Position numbers and translations under genes: made by a program
The notes under the pieces: model-generated
Told to the model about the DNA's origin: nothing
The model's database searches: none
The model's input: only the letters and a program-made list of their open reading frames with translations
Origin: Candidatus Tepidifontimicrobium thermophilum
GTDB lineage: Bacteria; Sysuimicrobiota; Sysuimicrobiia; Sysuimicrobiales; Sysuimicrobiaceae
Reading direction: 5' to 3'
DNA length: 20,781 nucleotides
Assembly (NCBI GenBank): GCA_031459915.1
Contig: JAVKHO010000011.1
Span: 1 to 20,781 of the forward strand
In this document: piece by piece, positions 1 through 7,209 of the stretch
Layout of the letters: every line of letters starts with the position of its first letter
Position numbering within the stretch: position 1 is the first letter of the stretch

Positions 1-365
1 ACGAACGCACCCACGATGAGCAGGATCCCCACGACCAGCTCGCCGTACGCGATGAGCTTCCCGAAGAAGCCCTCCGCGCCGATGCTCAGCAGCCAGCTCA
101 GGAAGTCACGGTACCAGTCGAAGGCCACGGGCGGCCGGGCGGGCGGCGGCGGCACCTGGATGGCGCGCTCCCAGAAGGCGCGCACGGCGGCTCCGGTCTG
201 TACCCAGTCCGGGTTGCCCACCTTGTGGAGCGCCGCGTCCACCCACTTGTAGCCCAACCAGACCCGGAGGACCAACCAAAGCCACGCGAACCGCGTGCTG
301 TTGAACAGCTCCTGCACGAACGGTGGGTCCTGGAAGAACTCCCGCTCCTGCTTGGCCACGGTCAT
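1..365 (-). CDS. DoxX family membrane protein (thiosulfate:quinone oxidoreductase DoxD-like); partial, runs off the left edge
   Basis: Not in the ORF track; translated by hand from ATG at 365: MTVAKQEREFFQDPPFVQELFNSTRFAWLWLVLRVWLGYKWVDAALHKVGNPDWVQTG...FDWYRDFL...FGKLIAYGELVVGILLIVGAF. The LRxxLGxxW..A..K, WYxxFL and GExxVGxxLIxG motifs fit DoxX/DoxD. SD-like GGAGG lies upstream. Confidence 0.85.
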   Translation of the reverse strand, partial: MTVAKQEREFFQDPPFVQELFNSTRFAWLWLVLRVWLGYKWVDAALHKVGNPDWVQTGAAVRAFWERAIQVPPPPARPPVAFDWYRDFLSWLLSIGAEGFFGKLIAYGELVVGILLIVGAF

Positions 366-595
366 CACCTCCGCCTCCACGGTAGCGGGACGATGTCTCG
401 ACGGCCATCCGGCCGCCGCAGGACGTAAATGCTCCACCGGCTGAGGCAAGCCTCCGGCCTCCACCCGACCCGCACGTCGGCCCTGGTGGCCAGGTCCTTT
501 CTGCGCTCTGCGCATGGGGGATAGCCTGGCACCATCGCGTTCCGTAGACTGGAGCCGAGGCCGGCAAGCCCGCGGTCTCGGAAAGGGGTCTAGCC

Positions 596-1498
596 TTGGA
601 GGTCGCAGTCCGGAGGATCCTGGCGGCCACCGACTTCTCGCCCGCCTCTGAAGGAGCCTTGCGGTGGGCGGAGTTCTTCGCCAGCCGGTTCGGAGCCGAA
701 CTGATCCTGTTCCACGCCCTGTCCCTAGACCCGGCCCTTCTAGTGGGCCCCACGGGGGTAGCGGTGGACCTGGCCGCGCGGTTGGTGGAGGACGCCCGCC
801 GGGCCGCGGAGCAGTCCATGAAGGAGCTGCAGGGCCGGTTCCCGTCTGCCCGGACCGTGGTGGAGGAGGCCCCCGCGCGGGAGGGGATCGTCCGGGCGGC
901 CCAGACCCAGGGGGCCGACTTGGTGTGCGTGGGTACTCACGGCCGGACGGGGCTGCCCAGGCTCCTGCACGGAAGCGTGGCCCAGCACGTCGTCGTCCAC
1001 AGCCCGGTACCGGTGCTGACCGTCCGCCAGGACGACCGCCCTGTGCGCGTCCGCTGCATCCTGGCCCCCACGGACTTCTCCCCTGCCGCGGACGCGGCAC
1101 TCCCGTGGGCGGACCTTTTGGCCCGCACGTTCGACGCCCGCCTGGTCCTCCTCCACGTGGTGGAGGTCACCTACGAGGCTCTGGTGGAGGTCCCGTGGGG
1201 CGGTGGGTTCGAGCCGGTGGGAGAGGCCATCGCCCGCCAGCTGGAGGAACGGGCCCGGGCGGAGCTTCAGACCCGGGCGCAGCGGCTGCCGCCGTGCGAG
1301 ACCCTGGTGCGCACCGGCCTGGGTGCAGGGCTGTCACGGCAGCGCATCGTGGAAGCGGCCGCGGACGTGGGCGCGGACCTAGTGGTGATGGGGACCCACG
1401 GCCGCACGGGGGTGGACCGCATCCTGTTCGGGAGCGTGGCCGAGCACGTGGTGCGGACCAGTCCGGTGCCCGTGTTGACGGTCCGGCACCGGACCTGA
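596..1498 (+). CDS. Universal stress protein with two tandem UspA domains
   Basis: Two repeats starting RILAATDFSPAS and CILAPTDFSPAA, each ending in an ATP-binding-type motif (GTHGRTG...GSVA..VV..SPVPVLTV). The TTG start is uncertain. Confidence 0.93.
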   Translation: MEVAVRRILAATDFSPASEGALRWAEFFASRFGAELILFHALSLDPALLVGPTGVAVDLAARLVEDARRAAEQSMKELQGRFPSARTVVEEAPAREGIVRAAQTQGADLVCVGTHGRTGLPRLLHGSVAQHVVVHSPVPVLTVRQDDRPVRVRCILAPTDFSPAADAALPWADLLARTFDARLVLLHVVEVTYEALVEVPWGGGFEPVGEAIARQLEERARAELQTRAQRLPPCETLVRTGLGAGLSRQRIVEAAADVGADLVVMGTHGRTGVDRILFGSVAEHVVRTSPVPVLTVRHRT

Positions 1499-1528
1499 TC
1501 CCGTCGAGCCTCCCCGCAGAGGCATGGG

Positions 1529-2080
1529 TTGACTGCCCGCGACCTGGCGCTTTGCGCGGCGCTGGCCGCCCTCACCGCGGTGTGCGCGCAGCTCAGCGTG
1601 ACGCTGCCGTGGGTCTCCAGCGTGCCGTTCACCCTGCAGGTTTTCGCGGTGGTGCTGGCCGGCGCCAGCCTGGGAGCCCGCCTCGGGTTCGTCTCCCAGC
1701 TTCTGTACCTGCTGCTGGGCGCAGCCGGCCTGCCGGTGTTCGCACAGCTCCGGGGCGGGCTCTCGGTGCTGGTCGGCCCCACCGCGGGCTACCTCTGGGC
1801 CTTCCCCGTGGCTGCGGCACTGGCGGGCTGGGCGGCGGGACCGATGGGGAGCCGGCCAGCCGGTGGCGGACGGCTGGTAGCGGGCGCCGTGCTGGCCGTG
1901 GTTCCCGTCTACGCGCTCGGGGCCCTCTGGCTCAGCATCTCAGGGGTCGCGCCCGGGCTTCGGGCAGCCGTGCAGGTAGGCGTCCTGCCCTTTGTCGTCC
2001 CGGACCTGGTCAAGGCAGCCCTGGCCTCCCTGGTGGCCGTGCGGGTCCGCGCTGCCGCAGAGGGGTTCGTGCGCCGGTGA
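1529..2080 (+). CDS. bioY: Biotin transporter BioY (ECF S component)
   Basis: Hydrophobic 183-aa protein with VPFTLQ, YLLLGAAGLPVFA, GPTAGYLWAF and PFVVPDLVK motifs typical of BioY. Confidence 0.93.
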   Translation: MTARDLALCAALAALTAVCAQLSVTLPWVSSVPFTLQVFAVVLAGASLGARLGFVSQLLYLLLGAAGLPVFAQLRGGLSVLVGPTAGYLWAFPVAAALAGWAAGPMGSRPAGGGRLVAGAVLAVVPVYALGALWLSISGVAPGLRAAVQVGVLPFVVPDLVKAALASLVAVRVRAAAEGFVRR

Positions 2081-2116
2081 GGCATCTCCGGCAACCGTGG
2101 CACGCCCGCAGAAGGT

Positions 2117-4819
2117 CTAGCGGCGCGCGATCCACGTGGGCGGGCGGACGGGTTCCACCCGGACGCGGGCGTCCAGGACCCGCAGGCCCTGCCGGTACAC
2201 CCGCACGGGGTTGAGGTCCAGCTCCACCACCTGGGGGATGTCGTCCGCAAGAGCGCCCACGCGGACCAGCAGGTCTTCGAGGGCTTCCACATCGCACGGC
2301 GGGCTGCCCCGGTAACCCTGCAGGAGGGGGAACGTCCGCAGCTCCCGGACCATCTCCGACGCGTCTGTCCGGGTCAGGGGGGCCAAGCGCAGGGACACGT
2401 CCCGCAGCAGCTCCACCAGCACGCCGCCCGCACCGCAGGCCACCACCGGACCGAAGTGCCGGTCGGACGCAACGCCCACGATCATCTCCAGGCCCGGCGG
2501 AGCCATCTCCTGTACCACGAACCCCTCGACCCGGTAGCCTGCAGAGCTCACCCGAGCCAGCATCTCCCGCGCTGCCCGTTCCACCTCCTGGCGGCCCCGC
2601 AGATCCAGAAGAACCCCGCCCACCTCGGTCTTGTGAACCACCCCGGGTGCCACCACCTTCAGGGCCACCGGACCTCCGAAGCGTTCGGCCAGCTCGCCCG
2701 CCTCCTCGGGAGTGAGCGCGAACCGTTGCGCCACCAACAGGACGCCGTAGCACCGCAGCAGCGCCTCCACCTCGGCCGGCGCGAGCCAGCCGGCGCCCCG
2801 TTCCACCGCGGTGGCCACCAGGGCCAGGGCCTCGTCCCGGCGCGCGTCCACGGGCCTTGCGGCCGGCTCCGCAGGCCGCCTGCGCCACTGGCCGTACCGC
2901 ACCGCGTGGGCCAGAGCCCGCGCCGCGGACTCGGGGAAGGCGTACGAGGGGATGCGCAGGTGGCTGCGCCGGAGCAGCTCCGGCACCCCGCGGGCGGACA
3001 TGAACACCGTGAGGACCGGCTTGTGATCCGTCCAGCGGGCCACGCCCTCCACGATGGCCTGGGCCACGTCTTCCGCCTGCGTGACGAGAGGCGGGACGAA
3101 GATCACCACCACTGCATCCACGTTCGGGTCTGCGCCCACCGCGGCCACCGCCTCCCGGTAGTGCTCCGCGGGGGCGGAGGCCACGAGGTCCACGGGGTTG
3201 GACACCGCCGCGTGCGCGGGCAGGAACGTCCGCAGTTTCTCCTGCGTGGCCGGACTCAGAACGGGTACCACGAGCCCCTCGGCCTCGCAGGCGTCCGCGC
3301 ACAGGATCCCCGGACCTCCCGCGTTGGTCACGATGGCCACGCGTGGCCCCGCGGGTACCGGCTGGTTGGCCAGGAGCACCGCCACGTCGAACATCTCCTC
3401 AAGGCTGTCCGTGCGGATCACCCCCGCCTGGCGGAACAGGGCGTCCACGGTGGCGTCGGAGGCCGCCACCAGCGCGCCCGTGTGGGAAGCGGTGGCCCGC
3501 AGGCCGGACCCCGTCCGACCGCTCTTCACGGCCACGATGGGCTTGCGCCGGCTCACCCGACGGGCGATGCGGGAGAACTTCCGCGGGTTGCCGAAGGACT
3601 CCAGGTACAGCAGGATCACGTCCGTATTCGGGTCGTCGTCCCAGTAGTTCAGCAGGTCATTCCCCGACACGTCCGCCTTGTTGCCCACCGACACGAAGGT
3701 GGACAGTCCCAGGCCCAGCTGGTTCGCGTACTCCATCACCGCGAGGCCCAAAGCGCCGCTCTGGGACAGGAACCCCACGCGGCCCGGGGGCGGCAGCACC
3801 GGCGCGAAGGTGGCGTTCAGCCGCACCCCGGGGTCGGTGTTCACGATCCCCATGCAGTTGGGACCGATGAGCCGCATCCCGGTGGCCCGGCAAACCCGTA
3901 ACAGCTCTTCCTGCCGTGCCCGACCCTCTTCCCCTGCCTCCGCGAACCCCGCGGAGATTACCACCAGGGCGCGCACGCCCTTGCGGGCGCACTGCCAGGC
4001 CACCTCCACCACCTGTTCTGCCGGGACCACCACCACGGCTAGGTCCACGGGGCCCGGGATCGCCTCCACCGTGGGGTAGCTGACGACACTCTGCACGACC
4101 TCCGCGTGCGGGTTCACGGGGTAGACCGGGCCTTCGAAGCCGTACTGCAGCAGGTTGTGGAAGATCTCCCCCCCGATGGTCCCGCGCCGCCGGGACGCGC
4201 CCACCACAGCCACGCCCCGAGGGTGGAAGAACGGGCGCAGGGCCGCCTGCGCGGCCAGCTGCTCGCGTCGCTCAAACCGCCGCAGCGCGTCCTCTGTGAG
4301 CTCGGTCGGAAAGGTGACCCGCAGCTCCCCGGGCTCCGCGTGCACCTCCACCGGAAATCCAGACTCCCGGAACACCTCCAGCATCCGGTGGTTGGTAGGG
4401 AGCACGGAGGCCTCAAAGAGGCGGATGCCCTGGCGCGCGGCTACCTCCGCGAGCTGCCCGAGCAACAGCGTCCCCACCCCGCGGCCCTGAAACTCGTCCG
4501 CCACCGCGAACGCCACCTCTGCACGGTCCGAGTCTGCGGCCGCGTACAGCCCGTGGGCCACGACCCGCGGTGGGTCCCCGAAGGTGGCCACCAGGTGGAC
4601 GGCCCGGGGGTTGTACAGCAGACGGCGGACTTGGTCCACGAGCGCCGCGTTCGAGATGCGGGTGAAGAACCGGTACACCAGGGACTGTTCCGAAAGCCCC
4701 CGGTAGAAGGCCACCAGGGCGTCTTCGTCCTGCGGGCGGGCGGTGCGCACGCGCACCGCGGTGCCGTCCCGCAGCACCACCTCCGCCTCCCACGTGAGGA
4801 ACGTGGACCGGTCGCTCAC
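2117..4819 (-). CDS. GNAT acetyltransferase fused to an ADP-forming acyl-CoA synthetase alpha/beta module (Pat-like protein lysine acetyltransferase, GNAT at N-terminus), about 900 aa
   Basis: Likely start is GTG 4819, overlapping the upstream TGA (GTGA). GNAT: LRDGT...RFF...AEVAFAVADEFQGRGVGT. CoA-binding: VAVVGAS, YPVNP, GPNCMG, SQSGA, GNKADV, SHTGAL, TNAGGPG, NPVD. ATP-grasp: HKTEVGGV, ELDLNPV. Confidence 0.92.
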   Translation of the reverse strand: MSDRSTFLTWEAEVVLRDGTAVRVRTARPQDEDALVAFYRGLSEQSLVYRFFTRISNAALVDQVRRLLYNPRAVHLVATFGDPPRVVAHGLYAAADSDRAEVAFAVADEFQGRGVGTLLLGQLAEVAARQGIRLFEASVLPTNHRMLEVFRESGFPVEVHAEPGELRVTFPTELTEDALRRFERREQLAAQAALRPFFHPRGVAVVGASRRRGTIGGEIFHNLLQYGFEGPVYPVNPHAEVVQSVVSYPTVEAIPGPVDLAVVVVPAEQVVEVAWQCARKGVRALVVISAGFAEAGEEGRARQEELLRVCRATGMRLIGPNCMGIVNTDPGVRLNATFAPVLPPPGRVGFLSQSGALGLAVMEYANQLGLGLSTFVSVGNKADVSGNDLLNYWDDDPNTDVILLYLESFGNPRKFSRIARRVSRRKPIVAVKSGRTGSGLRATASHTGALVAASDATVDALFRQAGVIRTDSLEEMFDVAVLLANQPVPAGPRVAIVTNAGGPGILCADACEAEGLVVPVLSPATQEKLRTFLPAHAAVSNPVDLVASAPAEHYREAVAAVGADPNVDAVVVIFVPPLVTQAEDVAQAIVEGVARWTDHKPVLTVFMSARGVPELLRRSHLRIPSYAFPESAARALAHAVRYGQWRRRPAEPAARPVDARRDEALALVATAVERGAGWLAPAEVEALLRCYGVLLVAQRFALTPEEAGELAERFGGPVALKVVAPGVVHKTEVGGVLLDLRGRQEVERAAREMLARVSSAGYRVEGFVVQEMAPPGLEMIVGVASDRHFGPVVACGAGGVLVELLRDVSLRLAPLTRTDASEMVRELRTFPLLQGYRGSPPCDVEALEDLLVRVGALADDIPQVVELDLNPVRVYRQGLRVLDARVRVEPVRPPTWIARR

Positions 4820-5478
4820 GGTTGGACCTGAGGCTCCGGCCGGAGCTCCGTGGCGTCCACGCCGACGACACCGTCCAGGCCCCGGACGCTGAGAACCACC
4901 AGCCGCGCCTCCGCCGGCGAGCCCACCTGACCCCGCAGGTGGACGACCCCGTCCCGGACCTCCACGTGCACCGCGCCCGCCGGCACCCCCAGCTCCCTCA
5001 GGGTTTCCTCCACCTGCTGCGCGAGTTCGGCGTCGTCCAGGAGGAACGCCTTGAGCACGTCGTTGCGGCTCACGATACCCACCACCTGGCGGCCGCGGAC
5101 GATGGGCACCCGGTTCACGTTCTTCCGGGCCATGAGGGCCGCCACCTGGTGCAGGGGCGTGTCCTCCTGGGCGGTGACCACCTCCTGCGTCATCACGTCC
5201 GCCACCAGCCGCCCCTCGTAGCGCCGCAGCAGGGGTAGGACCTCCGGAGGGGGGCTGTCCGCGTGGAAGGCCAGCAGCGGTAACCCCCCGGGCCCGGCCT
5301 CCTTCAGGAGCAGGTCCGCCTCGGTGACGATGCCCACCAGCCGGCCCTCCTCGTCCACCACGGGCAGCCCGCTGATCCGCCGCCGCGCCATGATCCGCGC
5401 GGCCTCCACCACCGGCGTGTCCGGGCGTACCGTCACCGCCGGGGCGGTCATCACGTCTTTGGCCCGCAGCCTGCGCAT
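4816..5478 (-). CDS. CBS-pair protein with C-terminal BON domain
   Basis: AKDVMT...ISGLPVVD..GIVTEADLL and VADVMT...NRVPIV..GIVSRNDVL form a CBS pair. VHVEVRDGVVHLRG...GVVGV is BON-like. SD GGAGG precedes the ATG. Confidence 0.9.
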   Translation of the reverse strand: MRRLRAKDVMTAPAVTVRPDTPVVEAARIMARRRISGLPVVDEEGRLVGIVTEADLLLKEAGPGGLPLLAFHADSPPPEVLPLLRRYEGRLVADVMTQEVVTAQEDTPLHQVAALMARKNVNRVPIVRGRQVVGIVSRNDVLKAFLLDDAELAQQVEETLRELGVPAGAVHVEVRDGVVHLRGQVGSPAEARLVVLSVRGLDGVVGVDATELRPEPQVQP

Positions 5479-5559
5479 ACCTCCTCCCGCGGCGAGTCCC
5501 GGGCCTGACCCTGGTCGCCCGCGCCTCCGGCTCGGGGACCGTCCACGCCTGCGGAGGTC

Positions 5560-5970
5560 TCACCGCACCACTAGGGTACCGTGCATCCCCGCCTGCTTGT
5601 GGCCTCCCACAGTGCACTCGAACGGGTACGTCCCGGGCTTGACCTCCAGGACCACCACTTTCTCCTTCTTGACCGCGATGTACTCCGTCTTGACCCCCAG
5701 TGCAGGGATGGCGAAGTCGTGCGGGATCACCCCGTCGTTGCGCAGGACCAGCTCCACCCGGCCCGCCTGCACCTCCACCCGCGCGGGCTCGAACTTGAAC
5801 TCCTTCATGCGGACTTCTACCCGCTGGACCGCGGGCTGCACCGCCTCCCGCCGTGCCCCCTCGCCTCCCGGGGCCCGCAGGAGCAACAGCACGGTGCCGG
5901 CCACCCCCAGAAAGGCGGCCAGGCTCAACCACCACGCCGAGCGAATCAGCAGACGGTCCGTCGCGTCCAT
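5560..5970 (-). CDS. Cupredoxin (blue copper) domain protein with N-terminal membrane anchor or signal
   Basis: Hydrophobic N-terminal helix, then EFKFEP, N..IPHDF and YPFECTVGGHKQAGMHGTLVV, giving a complete His/Cys/His/Met type-1 copper ligand set. Confidence 0.9.
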   Translation of the reverse strand: MDATDRLLIRSAWWLSLAAFLGVAGTVLLLLRAPGGEGARREAVQPAVQRVEVRMKEFKFEPARVEVQAGRVELVLRNDGVIPHDFAIPALGVKTEYIAVKKEKVVVLEVKPGTYPFECTVGGHKQAGMHGTLVVR

Positions 5971-5971
5971 G

Positions 5972-7066
5972 TCAGGGCTCCACCACGAACACCCCGATCA
6001 TCCCCGCGTCCGCGTGGTTCACCACATGACAGTGGAACAACCACAGACCGGGGTGGCGGAACTCGAGCAGCAGCGTGTCCAGCGTCCCGCTCAGCAGCGG
6101 GACCACGTTGCCGGGCCACGGGCGGCCCTGCAGGACCGCCAGGGACACGTGCGGAACCTCGTGCGCGTGGAAGGTGTGGTCCAAATTGCCGATGTTGTAC
6201 ACGTGCAGCTTGATGGCCTCTCCAGCCCGCAGCCGGAAGTACGGAACGGTCTTGCCTAGCTGCGCCACGACACCCTGGAGGCCCTGCTTCTTGAAGATCT
6301 CCTCCAGGGCCAGCTCCCCGCCCGGGATCCCCTTGCCGTTCATGATGTAGAAGGGCGGGTTGGGGCCGGACCGCAGGGACCCTGTCTCCGCCATGAACAC
6401 CACGCCCTCCCGCACGGGCTTCATCGCGGGGTCCTCTACCACGATCGCGCCGTACAGGCCCTGCAGGATGTGCTGGTTGATGGCGAACTCGCGGTCCGCG
6501 CTGTGGCAGTGGTAGTAAGTAGCCCCCGCCTCCTCCGCCAGGAACTCGTACACGTACTCACCCCCGGGCGGGATCATGGCCCGGGGTGCCCGGCCCGTGA
6601 TGACGTTGGCCTGCGATCCGTCCATCTCGATGGGGTAACGGGAAAGGTGCGCGTGGAAGCTGTGCGTGCGGTTGTGTCGGTTGACCACCCGGACCCGCAG
6701 GATTTCGCCCTTCCGCACGCGCAGGGTCGGGCCCGGCACGGTCCCGTTGTAGGTCCACGCCCTCCACCGGTTCCCCCCGCCGAAGTCGAACACCTTCTCC
6801 TGGATCACCAGGGTGTACTCCCGGACCGTCCGACCGTCCTTCGTGGAAACCTGCGCCTGCAGTTCCCGCGGCGGCTCCTCCGCGAGGGCCCGCGCCACCT
6901 GGGCAGCCGCCTCTGCCGCCCGCGGTCCGCCCATGAGGAGATCCATGAACATCCCCTGGGCCCCGTGCGGGTGCGTGCCCGGGGACAGCCTCTCAGGACC
7001 TGCCAGCGACCAACTGAGGACCAGTCCCACCAGGATCAGCCCGACTCCTGCCCCACGTCTGTACAC
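5972..7066 (-). CDS. Exported two-domain multicopper oxidase (small laccase-like), about 364 aa
   Basis: GTG start at 7066 follows a strong SD (AAGGAGGAGG, 7080-7071) and precedes a hydrophobic signal peptide. Motifs: WTYNGTVPGPTLR, HSFHAH, YYHCH...HILQGLYG, HTFHAH, PGLWLFHCHVVNHADAGM. Confidence 0.92.
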   Translation of the reverse strand: MYRRGAGVGLILVGLVLSWSLAGPERLSPGTHPHGAQGMFMDLLMGGPRAAEAAAQVARALAEEPPRELQAQVSTKDGRTVREYTLVIQEKVFDFGGGNRWRAWTYNGTVPGPTLRVRKGEILRVRVVNRHNRTHSFHAHLSRYPIEMDGSQANVITGRAPRAMIPPGGEYVYEFLAEEAGATYYHCHSADREFAINQHILQGLYGAIVVEDPAMKPVREGVVFMAETGSLRSGPNPPFYIMNGKGIPGGELALEEIFKKQGLQGVVAQLGKTVPYFRLRAGEAIKLHVYNIGNLDHTFHAHEVPHVSLAVLQGRPWPGNVVPLLSGTLDTLLLEFRHPGLWLFHCHVVNHADAGMIGVFVVEP

Positions 7067-7104
7067 CGTACCTCCTCCTTTCCGGCAGTCACAGCTCGCG
7101 GCGG

Positions 7105-7150
7105 ATGCTACAGCGGCGCTGGGGCTCGTGTCATCAGGTGGCCACCTGAT
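7105..7150 (-). promoter_or_regulatory. Putative sigma70-type promoter for the oxidase operon with an overlapping palindromic operator
   Basis: On the minus strand: -35-like ATGACA (7134-7129), 18-bp spacer, -10-like TAGCAT (7110-7105). Perfect palindrome ATCAGGTGGCCACCTGAT at 7133-7150. Confidence 0.6.
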
Positions 7151-7209
7151 TTTCCGCCCCCGCCGCCCTCCCGCGCGGGCCGGAGCCGATCCCGGGCCCG
7201 ACCGATCCC

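Noticed and set aside
421..500. GCAAGCCTCCGGCCT resembles part of the c-di-GMP-I riboswitch consensus
   Set aside because: The upstream GGCAAAC...GAAA stem and a properly pairing 3' strand are missing. A cmscan with the Rfam c-di-GMP-I model would settle it.
2081..2116. Intrinsic terminators between convergent genes (also 7968-7982)
   Set aside because: No convincing stem followed by a U-tract on either strand.
4820..5935. N-terminal 372-aa extension of the 1272-aa ORF 2117..5935
   Set aside because: Low-complexity G/A/R/P sequence overlapping the CBS-BON and cupredoxin genes in another frame. Recognisable protein begins at GTG 4819, coupled to the upstream stop.
5972..7066. Copper nitrite reductase (nirK) call for the two-domain copper protein
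   Set aside because: Both domains carry HxxHxH and HCH, the histidine set for a trinuclear oxidase cluster rather than the mononuclear type-2 site of NirK.
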